A stretch of DNA of 63,973 nucleotides, counting the filler, from Lenisia limosa (Eukaryota; Protista; Breviatea), in NCBI GenBank assembly GCA_001655205.1. It is 12 parts of 12 records of this genome, joined end to end, with 100 filler letters (N's around TTAATTAATTAA, not from the genome) between each part and the next. Parts side by side here need not be neighbours in the genome. Positions count along the whole stretch, not along the records: positions 22,020 to 29,261 come from LPNZ01005341.1; positions 29,362 to 50,444 come from LPNZ01010942.1; 10 more parts are not named here. One strand, written 5' to 3'. This document shows positions 25,059 to 39,100 of this stretch, piece by piece. The position numbers were made by a program, and so were the translations under genes. Each line of letters begins with the position of its first letter. The stretch's first letter is position 1. The notes below the pieces were generated by a model, which had not been told where the DNA came from, made no database searches, and saw nothing but the letters and a program-made list of their open reading frames with translations.

Positions 25059-27641
25059 TTGTATGTCGCTATGGCCGACTACGATGCCTACTACGGTTCC
25101 GGTATGCGGAAAGCAATTGACCCAAGAGGTGAAGAATTATGGGACCGCCAACTAGCACCCTTCCCTATACTTCCTTATTACAAAATCAACCTGATGATTA
25201 TGGAACAAGAAATGAAAAATTCTAATTTTGAAGAGCGGGATTTTGATTCTACAATCCTGTGGAAAGGTGCTGATTTTGGCATTAAGGCCGCTGCTGTTAC
25301 CCGTAACAAGGTACAAAAATAACCAATGCCCAAGTCAATACGAAATTGATTTCTGACGCCTATAAGACATTAAAAAAGTCTGGTACTGTCGTTGGGGTTG
25401 CGTCTCTGCCTGCGAGGGCAAATATTAACCCTGTCGATGTTGTGATCAAAGAGATTCCACGTATGAAAAAGACGAACATTTTCCTAATTTTAGACGGCTC
25501 CTATTTCGGTGAAGACACTCTGAAACTTTGATCGAACATCTGGTCTTACCCAAATGCTCCTGGATATGTGCTTATCTCAGCTAAACTCTCGGGTGGTAAA
25601 TGCTATTTGCTTCTCCCTAAACCGTCTTATTATGTCATCGCAATGCGTATATACATTCCGACTGCTGAAAATAAACTTGCGGACTCTGCCTCACGCAATG
25701 ATTTGCTTGCTGCAGAATAATTTGAGTTCAAGTTCCTGAGGAAGTATGGACTCTTTCTTGAGCCACCCTTTTTATCTGGCTTCAACTATGTTAGCTTGTT
25801 GTTTCTGATTGTGTTCTGGTGGTATGTAAATGTATGAAATTATGTTCAAATTCTGTGGATTATGTGTTCAAATTCTGTGATTCTTTGTGCAATAGAGCTG
25901 TAGNNNNNNNNNNNNNNNNNNNNNNNNNNNNNNNNNNNNNNNNNNNNNNNNNNNNNNNNNNNNNNNNNNNNNNNNNNNNNNNNNNNNNNNNNNNNNNNCC
26001 CCACTATGGACTGGAGCGGAGTCATTTAGGTGTATCGTTTATGATTGAAACATAATAAAATACGCAATTTTTTGCCTCTGAGACTGAAATTTTATAGTTT
26101 GCGTTTGAAATTTTATAGTTTGAGTCAGAGGTATAATAGGGAATTCAATTCAACATAGAATCTTCAGATAAAAATATACTATATAATATGCATGATATGT
26201 ATATCGGACAAATAACAAAACCTTTAAATTTGTATAAGTGAGATAAAAACTGGAGGTTTTCTTTCAATTTTGGGCACAAGAGTTTCCTTAAATGTGTCTC
26301 AACACGCAAGGACTTCTTTGCTATCCTGGGCTGACCTCCTTAAAAACCCTCAATGGACTGGTATTGTTACTCTGGACCCACCTCGTCGTGTCACAAGCCA
26401 AGATGACCCACTTTGGTGTACGAATGCGTCATCCACTGGTATTGGTGGATTTTGTCCTTCCCAAAAACTCTTCTTCACTGCTTATGTTCCCCAGAATGCA
26501 AATTCACTACACATTAACGTTCTTGAATTATTAGCAGTACGGGTGGGCCTTGCGGTTTTCGGGAGTCCACGCACATCTATTCTCGCCGGCTGTGACAACC
26601 AGAGTGCAATTTCGTGGTTTAACCGGTGGGTGCTCAGCCAATCTGGCAAACTCCACTGCCGTAAACGCTATCTGTCGGGACATTAATCGCCGCCTCATGG
26701 ACTATCAAAGTTCAATGTATCTCACTTACATTGCTACTGAGAACAACATCAAGGCGGATGTGGCTTCGCGCCCCGAACTTTCCCATTTTGAGGACTTCTC
26801 CAGGGTACCCATTCCCTCTGACGCTTGGACATTCTAGTCCAGTAGTTGTATCTTTCATTGCCCTTTCGATTCATTTATCTGATATCACCGGATTACATGC
26901 CACTTACAAATAGGTTATTCACTTGATTTGATTAACTTCCTCATAAGGATATGCACACGAACTGGAAAAGAAGAGAAACAAAATCAAGAAGATGGGTGTC
27001 AGAAAAACCACAACCAAGACATATGGATCCCGTGTTCGCAGTTACAAGTACATGTACATATATGTGTACAGAATTAGGATACAATGAATTCCCGATGACT
27101 GATGAGAAGGTTTATGGCCATATATAACTACTTCCTGACCTAACTCTGGATTGCTCATGGTTCATCAACGATCAAAAGCGCGCAAACTATTGGTGGTTAT
27201 ATGTCTGCTCTCGCACGATATGCACTAGAAAATGGCCAAGAACTCCCAACGAAGAACAGATTTGGTCCAGCTTCAATGGTTAAGAGTAGTTTTACTAGGA
27301 ACTCGAAGCGGCCCGAACCTTCAGTTACCAACGAACGATTTCAAAGATTATTTGCCCTGTGACAGCAATTTTAGCTCTCCATGAACAGTCATGCAACAAT
27401 GAAAAGAATACCCATCGTGCCTTATTTGCTTGGCCATCAGGGAGCCTACTAAGAGTGCGCTATGTATGACATCCTCCGTGCAGATTTAGTCAAGACTGGG
27501 TTTTCTGAAGATGAGGCCAAACTTTTCACAATCCATTCCTTCCGCCATACCAGCACGACCAATATGACTGGAACTGAGGAGAAAAAGATGAAACGTGGAG
27601 GCTGGAAGTCCATTAGGATGCTTAGGAAGTATGACCATTGA
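25059..27641 (+). mobile_element. Degenerate DIRS-order (tyrosine-recombinase) retroelement: RT N-terminus, RNase H, tyrosine recombinase
   Basis: RNase H motifs TNASSTGIGG, HINVLELLAV, CDNQSAISW and YIATENNIKADVASR (26410-26780). Recombinase TIGGYMSAL (~27185) and HSFRHTSTT...RGGWKSIRMLRKY (27530-27635). RT-start-like ILWKGADFG / INPVDVVIK / FLILDGS (25250-25500). Stops and frameshifts throughout. Confidence 0.8.
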
Positions 27642-29781
27642 TTGAGATGTATAAAATATATGGATTATCTGTGCTTCCGTGATTTTGTTTGTATTTTCGG
27701 GTTGGTGTTCTGGGTTTTTCAAGCCCTAAACACAATCGTCTGACATGGTTGTCCTCCTGACACTGCATCAAAATCAGCCATTTGTCAACGTGTTAAGAAG
27801 TCTGTTCAGCGGATTTAGCAGGACTTGCCCATAACACGCACTCACTTTGTTGATGAAGCTGTGCCCTCCCCCCTTATGATGACTTTAGACTTCAGACTAC
27901 ATCGACCTTGAGACCCTTGGTTTACTGGCTGAGGCTGGGATCACCGTACACGATTATTCCGACATCAAACGAGGAGTTCACCACTCGAGCAGTGTTAATC
28001 TGATCGTTGTCGCTGAGAAGCGTGACAAAATGGAGGCTGAGTTTGGTACCTACCGCCTTTGGACCAGAAGGATTAACGAGGATGGGTTTATGGTAGTTTG
28101 TTTGTTTTGTTTCTTGTTATTTCTGATTTCAATTTATAGAACATTTATGATCCCTGATTTCATAAAGGTATCCGCAATTTTTAGTTGAGAAATACTAGAT
28201 TCCTCTATCAGAACGTATGTCTAAGAACTACTTTTTTTGCCCAGAATATCACAATACTCAACAGCCAAATAGCGGTCAAGAACGAATCGCTTCTCCTTTG
28301 CGGTCCAATTATGGCTTGGTGCTTTAAGGTTGTCCCAATTTTGACACCAACAACATTAGTGTTAATTAAAAATCGGACAGGACAGTGAGTCAACTGAGAA
28401 CAGCTTATCACTAACACATATGTACATAGTAAAGATATGTATCATAAACGCTTGTGGTCCATTATTAATCGATTAATTAGGTCATTAATTGTAGTTTTGA
28501 GTTTTAAAGCCGGAGAAACCAATTTTTAGCTCAGTTTTCATACCACATTCAATTTCTGGGTTGTTTTATTCTTCTTGTTATTGCACACAAATATTCTTAC
28601 TTCCTTCTATGTGATGCTGTGGTAAGGTGATACGTAATTGAGATCTGTTCCAAGATGTCGATATTGTGAAGGTAAAAATACAGTTATCCTCGGAGGAACC
28701 AACAGACTCGGAAACTTTTGGGTTTTCCTGATAAACTCTCTGGGGGGCGGGGGAGGGACTTTGTTAGGGAAGCAAATTTTAGATGTACTTAAAAAGTGTT
28801 AGATATTTCTAATAGTATTTGAGCAAAAGGAGTGGTCCATTAATCTACTGTACCCTTATATGGCTTTAATCGTTTAATCTCATCAAAATCAAAACCATGC
28901 CTGATCCCCTGTCAGCTGTCAACTTACCAAGGACAGATTGTTCGAATGGCTTTGGCGCTACCGAAGGACTTCCAACATTCAGTCGACTTGACTAAGTCAC
29001 TGACAGGTTCCGGTCTTGCTTACCAGACCACTTCTCAGTCAGGAACATAGTTTCCCTACAGTGGGTCCCCTTCCCCCATTTATCCTATATGATACATGTA
29101 GGTGTCAACACTACAGTAGGACTCCCTGCTACAGGATTTCGAGTACTCGTGGCGTCTTTGACAAGAAGAAGAGCAGCTAGTTATTAACGTTCATAGTAAT
29201 CCCATTCTCATTGGTATTTCTATCACCAATATAGTACACACACATACATACATACTCTATANNNNNNNNNNNNNNNNNNNNNNNNNNNNNNNNNNNNNNN
29301 NNNNNTTAATTAATTAANNNNNNNNNNNNNNNNNNNNNNNNNNNNNNNNNNNNNNNNNNNNGAAACAAAAAAAGATCAAAAGACCCGCAAAAAAGACAGA
29401 GCTGGACAGAGCAGGGTCAGGGCAAGGGGGCAAGGTCAGGGGTGAGGAAGGAAACGGGGCTGCGGTTACCGGCACGCACCGGCAATATTCCGAAAAAGGT
29501 CTTCCCGAAATACCCCTGGTGCCTTTCAGCCAAAAACCATGGACCGTCGTCTCCCTTCATAAGTCAGATCAAAGATCGTTGGTTAAGACGTGTTCGAGCA
29601 GGGAAAAATAAGGAGTCTAGATTTTTGGAGTTGTCATATCACTGAGAGCACCCCCCTTCACCACCACCCCTACCTACAGCAGCTGCTTACCACCACCAAC
29701 CAAAGAAGGGAAAGTTTGGGGATTACAGTGTCACTCACTCAACAACCTGCTCCCTTTTGCTTTGTTCCCCACGCACAACCA

Positions 29782-32730
29782 ATGTTCCCCATCCTATTGC
29801 TTATGTTGGTGGTAGCCAATGGCTTTATCCTGCAAAACCAAAATGGAATCCATTTTGATGATCTTCATGTGGCAAAGGTCACCTTCTCAGATGGGAGCGA
29901 GAGTAGGCAGCTATTGAGGATGCAAATAGTCAGACTATACTCGTTCTAGCACTGGGGGATGACTGATTGGGGAGTTTAATTATACATTCCATGAGGTGTT
30001 ACCTACACCCCATGATACATTTCTAAGGAAGGTTCCCAGCCATGGATTATACTTGGTTATATATTTATCTATCAATGCTCCCCAAGATAGGTCTTCAGTC
30101 TTCGGACAGATAAATCCTTTATTATTCTTGTTATCTCTACTCTCAGACCAAATGGACACTTTTTTTTTCACAATATTAAGTGCAAATACAACTATATAGT
30201 ACATATGTTTATAGTCTTTGGGTTATTTCGTCTTGATAATACTTTACAGTTTCAACAAGGCCACATAATGAGACGGAAATTGCCGAAATTGCACTGGTCA
30301 CACACAAGCAAAGTATGATAAGGGACCAATTCCCCTTTGTGGCAGTGATGCCAAAGATTCTGTTTTCTTATTTTTCAACATAGTAGTATATGATAATAAA
30401 TATCAGAGGATTTTGGGCATTATTTGAAGGATTGGTTGTTTAGTAGTATTAAAGTTCCTATTCAGATCGCCTGGTGACGCCGATGCGACAAGATTTGGAA
30501 ATGTCGATGATGGGCGGTTCCCTCTCTGGCTGGGCTCTCCCTTCTTCTTATTGCAGTTACGCACCTTCAGAAGCAGTGGGTGGGACATCGTTAAAGACTT
30601 AATCGATAAATTCGATGCATGTTTTTGGAATGAAACCCCCACCCATCACAAGAGAAATTGGCAATCCGGCGCTCAGGTCACGAACTGAGCCACATTCCTG
30701 TGAGCTTCACTGATTTGGAACTTTTTCTGAACCTTGAATCTCTTCATTTTGATATCAGGAGCATCGTAGTTGATATAACCGTTTTATATTGAACGCACTA
30801 AACTCTTTCATAGCTTTTAGATTTTTTCTTACCCACATCTTCGAGTATGTCGAATATTAAATAACAATTTTGTAAATTGATTCATTATCGTAGATCACCC
30901 CCTACACTAACACCAAATTCTCTTCTTGATAATCGTTGTGATGAATTAAAACGATCAATAAGAAACGCTCAAAAACACACACATGGCCCCATGGTCTATA
31001 ACACATGCAACTGAAGGGGGTTGTCGAATAGTCGCGGGCCTGTTCGGGTTCAAGGGACACCGGTTGAGTACCGGTTGCCAAATTCTCTACCATGTGGATT
31101 CAGTGAATGTCCCTTTAATGGTCCAGGTTTTGAGCGGAGATAGTGTGAAAAGCAGATCTGCTGAAGGTACTGACCCACAATTTTGAGCTCTATTTGTTTC
31201 ATCCACTGTATTGTGTTGGCTATACTTGCTCAGAACAATTAATAACATGCAAGGGTTTCCTTCAGGGGAAAACAGACTGTTTTTGAAAAACATTTTGTTT
31301 TACCCCCCTAAAGGAAACCCTTGCGTTATTGACCCAACCTACATGTACATATCATATATGTTTTGACGTAACAGTTCGTGACCTCCTGAAGTTGATGGGG
31401 AGGGACACGATGCATTTACTCCGGTCCTTCACGGTTGGTTACAAGGAGATAGGAATAATAAATGACTACTTCACATTATGAGTATTATCCAAATGAGTTT
31501 GGTCAAGGTGTTGATATGATATAGTTTATCTTTTCTTCTTAGAGTATTGCATAACATTTCCAAAAGGAACTTGGTTTATTGTTTAGATTATGGAGGTCAA
31601 TTGCACGAGGCCAACTAATACAACAAGCGCTATTGTCATGCCATACATCCAGGTATGTTATTCACTCGAAGACCTTTTCCAAAGATTGTTTTTGTTGCTT
31701 TGTTACTTAAACGTTCACTTTTTTTTTGGTAACAATTGTTGAAATCATGTTTTTTTTTTATAAATCAACTTTTATTGAGTCTTTTGGGTATGTCATCCCA
31801 TTTTTAATTTATGAAATGTTATGATCAGGTCGGAGCTTATCTCGTTCAGTGTAGCTTTAAACCTAACAGAATTTAGGTTCCTGTTTATGCAGGCTACAAA
31901 ACAACCTACGGAGCGTTTGTGAAAATGCTGGAGGGCCAAGCGGGCTGTAGGGGGGGGGGGGNNNNNNNNNNNNNNNNNNNNNNNNNNNNNNNNNNNNNNN
32001 NNNNNNNNNNNNNNNNNNNNNNNNNNNNNNNNNNNNNNNNNNNNNNCGGCTACCTGGAAAATGGAGTTCAAGACGAGTGGAAACTTGTCACGAAGCAGCG
32101 TCAATACGCGGGTCATGGATATGATCATTGCACCACGGGGCTAAATGCTGATTCCCCTTCGCTCACTGTATGTTTTTGCCTTGCGGAATATTTGACTTTG
32201 CCAGTTGCTTTGCGGTAATGTAAATCAAATACTTTATTATTTTACCTAGCCCACGTCTATTTGCTATTTGTCGTATTTTTCACTTTTCATGCTCAGATCA
32301 GTTTTGTATTCATATTATCTTTATTCAATTCGGGGCGTTGACAGGGTTTTTTTCAAAAGTCGGTTTCAAATTCTTGTCTTAGTAGTGTATTTAGGATACA
32401 TAAAGCTCTATACTTAGAATTAAAAATTTTTTTACGTTTAATCCCTTTTTGAAGTCTATTTGTTGATTAATAAGAATTCTTAGGAGATATACTGGATAAA
32501 ATGTTTCAAAGCATAAACAAGACAAAGGCAATAGAATTACCAAAAAAACCAAAGTTTTAAACAACCGCATTTCCTTTAATTTACAGTGGTCAGAGTTTAC
32601 CTAAATTTCCGTTGTTTCACTCCCCCTAGTTACGACTCAAGTTTGCACTTCCAATGGTGGTTCTGGCTGATATCTCCGAGCCGGAGGATTGGTGGTATTA
32701 CCCAAGGGTGTCGGTCTAATGATATAATAT
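29782..32730 (+). CDS. Multi-exon hypothetical secreted protein
   Basis: Signal-peptide-like MFPILLLMLVVANG start, followed by GT-AG bounded open segments (SPGDADATRFGNVDDGRFPLW; VPVYAGYKTTYGAFVKMLEGQAG|gtaggg; LRLKFALPMVVLADISEPEDWWYYPR). No family recognised. Confidence 0.45.
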
Positions 32731-33159
32731 CATTCTTTATTTATTATGTTTTGCAAAGAAAAATCTCATTCGGAGCTTGAGGTATTGATATAAACAAGTT
32801 TAGTATTCTCCCGAGTTTAAAGCGAAGTACTATCTAATACATACTTTGTCTTGCAATATTTGGTTAGAGAGCTTTTTGGAATTCATGACACAGACATTTA
32901 ATCATTTAATTTTTTAATTTTGGGAAAGGACAGTGAAAGGGCATGTTGTGAATCAGTTGGGGAATCTGCAATCAGGAGCGAAATTCAGTTGATTTGCAGA
33001 TTTGCAAGGGAGGGGCGGGGCAGAGGGGGCGTGGCAAACAGTTGTCAAGAGCAGATAAGTGGATAGAGGATAGAGTTCGCGTTAGAGTTTTTTTATTTGA
33101 TAGATATTGTAATATTGTTGTATTGTTGTGAATTAATAGAGAGAGGAGGAGGTAGAAAA

Positions 33160-36100
33160 ATGAACAAGATAGGAATGTTTGTCTTCTTCCATGCTACAGC
33201 GCTCTTCCTTTCGCTCTTTTTCCCTGTTTCAATGGGCAAATGTCCGTTCGCCAACCTCATCAACAGCAGCGACCCTCATTCCATGTTCCACTCTCCTACC
33301 AGTCCCTCTCCCAACCATTTTGGGTCTGATATCGTGTCTGGAACCGCGAGGACGGTATGTGCAGGAAGGAGCTTTTAGTAACCGTATGATAAACATGAGA
33401 TTTGAGAGGGTAAGTCATTTACGTGAGCTTGAGCATTTGGGGGTCTTTTTACAGCCAAGGTGAAGGACTTGGCGGAGCAGCGGAAGCAGTTGAGAGACCA
33501 GAGCAACTTGATTTGGCACCATGAGGAGATAGAAAGGTTTGCACTGAGGTTCCTCAAGATCAACGACAGTATTTTATTGTTAGCTCGGAGTAGAGAGCAA
33601 ACAGGGATTTCGTTCTACTTTATTGTCCTCGTTTCTCTAAATGAACTTCAATCAATTTGAGTGGTTGTGGTTTATTTGGCTTTATAGATCCACTAATGGA
33701 CCTTGAAAGAATCCAAAATAGCCATCAGAATCATAACAATTCAAAAGTAATTAACGTTACATCTATCCAGCATAGTCAGTCCTTTTATTTCCCAGTTGGT
33801 ACACGCTGTCTTGGGCTCTGGATGAGGAATGGCTCATGATCGAAGTCATTGCTGAAGCTGAGGGCTATATCGGCTTTGGAATTGGTGACGTCATGATGCA
33901 GTGTGCGGGGTGTTATTCAAAGGTAGAATGTTGGTAGCACTTTGTAGAGGAAGGGCTTTGTTTTTTCTCACCCGTCAGTAATTTGGATCTTGCAATGTGC
34001 ATGTTCCCCCCACGAGCTGATGGTACGACTTGTGTATTTTTGTTGGTATTCTTGTTTCTCATTATTATGTTCAGTCATATTCTAGAATAATAATTCAAAC
34101 CGCATTCAGCTGCTGATAATCTTTATTTGTAGCATTCTGCCTTGACGGATGGGTGGATGGCATGGAATTTGGCGTGTCCGATGTTGTCCTTGGAGGCTCG
34201 GATAATATACGAAACTGTTCCGCGTATGGGGGGGGGGGGATGNNNNNNNNNNNNNNNNNNNNNNNNNNNNNNNNNNNNNNNNNNNNNNNNNNNNNNNNNN
34301 CACAACCAAATTGTATGTTCACTCTTCAGTGCGGCGGATGATAAGTTGCTAATGTGCTCTTTCCGCCGCCCTATTGAGGCCTTTGATAAGTACGACCAGG
34401 TTTGTGGTGGGGGGACGCAAAAAGTTGTTGTTTAAAAGATAATAATTTGTCTAACACCCGACAGCCAGTCAATGTTGATAGTCCAACCAAGGTGTCATAC
34501 GCCATCGGAGGATTTGGCGAACAACACGGCTGTTTCGACCGAGGAATAGTTGACGTGGGCGGATACTATTTTAGCTTTTGTTTTTGTATTATGACGACAA
34601 TGACAAAATGACCTTTAGAGCGATGTAAACCATTTAGATCAATTTTGGTGGAGACCACCCCGGTATTGATACTCATTCTTCGCTTTTACTTAGGAAGATT
34701 GCTATCACACTACACGGGTATGTTGCTGCAAGTTATTTTGCCCAAAAATGAATACTGTATACCCTATTAAGTATTTGCTTCTTTTGCTGCATCGTGTTTC
34801 AATATATTGGATCTCACAACGGTAACCCATCTTTTGGGAAAACTGAACCTGAAAAAAGTTTTCAGCTCTGACTAGGACAGCCAAAACATTGATTGAAACT
34901 CACCCAGAAATCACTTTCCGAAGCAATCTTTTTTCTTCTCACAACTTAGAACGGTTATGATTGCCACATGGGGCCTTTTCCTTTTACTTGGTGTTTATTC
35001 TGCTCGATTTGCGCGGCATACAACCTGGGGGTGTGAGGGTTATCTCTGAAATTTACAAAGTCTGTCGCGTTGAACTATTTGTAGAACAGTCAAATACGGT
35101 CATAATATGTAATCTGACACTTCAGGATCACTCTGCATAAGAACATCCAAGCCATTATGACGTTTGGCACTCTCCCAATTACCGTAGTGATGGCTGTTAT
35201 TCAAGTAGGGGAGGGGAATCGAAGATGTCAATATTCTTGCTTTTTTGGCACAAATTAATGTAATGGTATTTGTGTTACTCGTTTAGGAGAGAATGGGTCT
35301 TAGCTCGTCCACTCATGCTATTTTTGGTTACACCACGCTGATTATTTCGTGGACTGTTGGTATGCTGGCTGACTGGTTATGTCGCCTGTTGATATGCTGG
35401 CTGACTGGTTATGTCATGGACCTGGCTGACTGGGGGAAGATACAGTAATTGGTTGTACCAGCATTGTCTCTTCAGTTTACAGGATCCAAATGTGGATGCT
35501 ACTAACTTCTTAAGGATTCGGAGGCACCCTCTTGTCATTTTCCAAAAAAGCCAAAATTGCGGACATGATTTCTGAAGAGGTTTGTGTTTACCATCCGTGG
35601 GGTATCCAACTTTGCTGTCAAAGGGTCTCTCATCATTTTTTAGAAAGAGTTACCCCTGAAAAAAGGCATCAAAGTCAAGCTCGGGTGGGTTCCCAGCTTA
35701 TCTGATCTTCTCACACCCACAATAGTCGTGCTGTGTCAGGCAGACATGCAACACTGCGGATGTTCCATCGCTACGGTGGCGCTTCAGTCATGATCCTTGC
35801 TTTTGTCACTATTTATTTTGGCATCAGAGTGGGGGAGGGGTCACTACTTTGGTATACCCAGGAATATTGAACTTGTAGTAGTGTGTTTGAGTTCCACTTA
35901 TGTGTCTTACCTCCTAGCACTGTCCAGATAACGTGTACCTCCAGTTACCTTGGTTGATGTGGGTAGTAGCCATCGTCGTTTGCTTCATGCTAGCCGAACT
36001 ACAGAGGAAATCGTTGGTGAAGGGTCTAAGGCTTGAGAGGGTGATTCTCATTTCAATAGATACCTTGCTTTTCCCATTATGTGTGGACACAGTGAATCTA

Positions 36101-39100
36101 CTAATAACATGGTCCTTGACCCTTTTAGGTATCGTGGTTACCAAGCTGCTGACCCCTCAAAATCTATATCCGACCACTCTTCTGCTTTAACTGTGCCTTC
36201 CTTCAACTCAACCACACATCCCAACTTATTCGGTCTGAGGAGTCTTGGCTGAGGGTATTCATTGATACTACAATTCAAATAAATAAAAACATATATATAT
36301 GTACATAACAAAAAAACATACGTCTGATGATTGGTTGTGTTTCTGATTCAAAACTATAGAACACCTGGGGGTATCAACGGCCAAATTCAATCGTCAAGCT
36401 GGGGAGTTCCTGGAATCGAACATTCTTGAAGCAACATTGGTAGGCGTGATTGATATTGAACAATAGATGATGGAGAAGACTGGTTACAAAATGATACATA
36501 TGAGATCATTTTTTTGCAGTTCCTCAAATCGTTCATACATTTCCATTTACAATCGGAATGAACTTACCCTGTAGTTATCAGCAGGCATCAAGAGGTTTTT
36601 GGTGGAAGTGCCACTGGAAAGAGGGGCGATCAAGGTTGTTCCTGGACAGCATTTCCTGATACGGTAAATGGGCTTGCTTCTGCGTCTCAATGAATTAATC
36701 GCTCTTAATGCTCTTACGGGTTGTCTCAGAGTGGGAGAAGAAGGCAAAATGGCTGTAAGACCGTACTCAGTGCGGAGTATCGATGCCGGCACCAAGCTTG
36801 AGTTCTTCATCAAGGTTGGTTTGAGAAATGTTTTGCAAGTGCTTCCGAACCAGATCGGCCTGATTCAGAAAGATGTACTGATAAACAGTCTGAGTGCTAG
36901 TATATCATATGTAAAGCTATAACCACAGCATAATAATATTGCATTATCTTTGCCTTATTTCCCCTAATACCTGAACTCAACAAATAGAATGTACCTGGTG
37001 GAGAAGTCTCACCCCAAATCTTTAATAAAGAGCCCAGTGACACCATTCAAATTGCAGGTGGGTGGGTGCAATAGTATCCTTTGTTCGACTTTGAAGAGCA
37101 TTTGCTCTTAATATTTCTTGCTGGTTCCTATTCCGTCCTTTAACGAAAGCAATGACACTATTTAGGTCCGCATGGACTTCCACCTTTCATTGATATCACA
37201 ACCAGCAAGTCATTCTGTGAGTCGAGACATTTCATACTAAAAGACTTATACAAAGGATGGGTGCAGCTATCATACGATCAATCTGATATCCTCAATAAGC
37301 TATGTATTTGGGCAAATACAACTTGAATCCATTTCAATAAAAGCTATCAACCACAATCAGAATGGATGTTTTTGACAGTCATAGGCTTCATAGGTGGCGG
37401 TACAGGCATGGTACCCCTGATATATTTGATTGAAACCTTGGTGAAAATGATGAAGAACGAAGGGTACTCGCAGAATGAGGGTGTTACACTCTCTGCCGCG
37501 GACTTTGACTTCACCTCCAGTTCGGGTGTTCTGCTACCTGCTTCGGTTACTACTCCAAGAATGTAGGCATATCTTACTTGAGATGTGGAGTAAGACTTGA
37601 AAACTATCGATAATTATTAAGAATTTATCAAAAGTTTTTCACTCTTTATGGCAACGCGTAACAGCCCCTTCAGAATTCAGATCAGAAGAGTACCCAAAAG
37701 GACAAAATTTCTCTTTACATTCTTTTTAGAATCGATATTTGCTCTTTTTTCTGGAGTAAAGCCTGATTTATTGATTAGATCGCCAGACCTCACACCATCC
37801 GCAGTCCCTCTCCTCAATGGACAAGTAGGTGACTTTCTTCTTTTAAAATAGAACCATTCACAGTCTTGTTTTTAAGATGATACTTCTTCTTATTAATGTT
37901 TTTAGCGCGCTGAACCTTTGTATTTAGACAGTGAAAAAAGTTTGAAGGATATTGGTGTTTCAATTATCCTTTACCTTTAGCTTTTTTATTTACTTCTTTT
38001 GGGCTACTATTAGCCTTTCACTCCCTAGAAGCGGAGTTTGAGATAACTATTAACTACATTTGTCGGACCCGTGCAGATATGGTTATGCTCCCCATGCTAT
38101 ATGAGGTTGTTAAGACTGCGGGTCCTAAAATCAACATACACCTCCATCAGATCATCTCACAGGTATGTGGGTTGTTTTCCATTCGTCTTTGATCTTCAGC
38201 AAGCAATATGACATTCACTTGACAGGTTCCACGCTTCTCTTCCGCTCGTCCTTCTGTCCACACACTCATTTCCAATGTGGGGGGGGGNNNNNNNNNNNNN
38301 NNNNNNNNNNNNNNNNNNNNNNNNNNNNNNNNNNNNNNNNNNNNNNNNNNNNNNNNNNNNNTAGGTGAAAATTATTACACTATATTAATGATCAATGTTT
38401 GTTCTCTTGATATTGGTGATGATTACGTTGTTATGATCAAAGGTTCGTTCTATTGATATTGGTGATGATTACATTGTTATGATCAACGTTTGTTCTATTG
38501 ATATTGGTGATGATTACGTTGTTATGATCAATGTTTGTTCTATTGATATTGGTGATGATTACGTTGTTATTCGATATTATGTAAGATTTACAGTGACCGG
38601 GATAAGTCTTGACCGATTTTCATTGGGAAATTACATTGCAAATCGGCCAAGACTTATCCTGTTCACTGTACAAAAAAATAGAGAAGCAGCCCTTGAGATA
38701 GTTCATATCCTTTAATAGCGCAGATCGACTCCCTCCCGTCGTCTACGTACTTCCTGGTGGGAGGGCTTGGCTGAAGTGCAATGGATACTTCGAACTCATA
38801 CAAGTAGAGAATAGGGAATAATGATACACGTAAAAGGACAGTATGGAGGACTTACATGGTGAAGGCCTATTTACCGTCCAGATCTGTGGCCCACCTGCAA
38901 TGGAACTCGGACTCATGGCTGAACTTGCTTTATTAGGGTTTGTTTTTCTTTTTAAATTGTTTTTGAAGAAGCATTTGCCACTATTTAGATGACGTTTTGT
39001 GCACGGAATGTAATTAATTATGATTCCACACTCTGATTGCTTAGTTTTAACGTCCATCTTCTTGACGAGTCCACTTTGCCAACAAAAAGCCCAGTAGGGA

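Noticed and set aside
38388-38569. CRISPR array (also considered for 9752-9902 and 49597-49709)
   Set aside because: Head-to-tail units with no unique spacers, no cas genes and a eukaryotic intron context.
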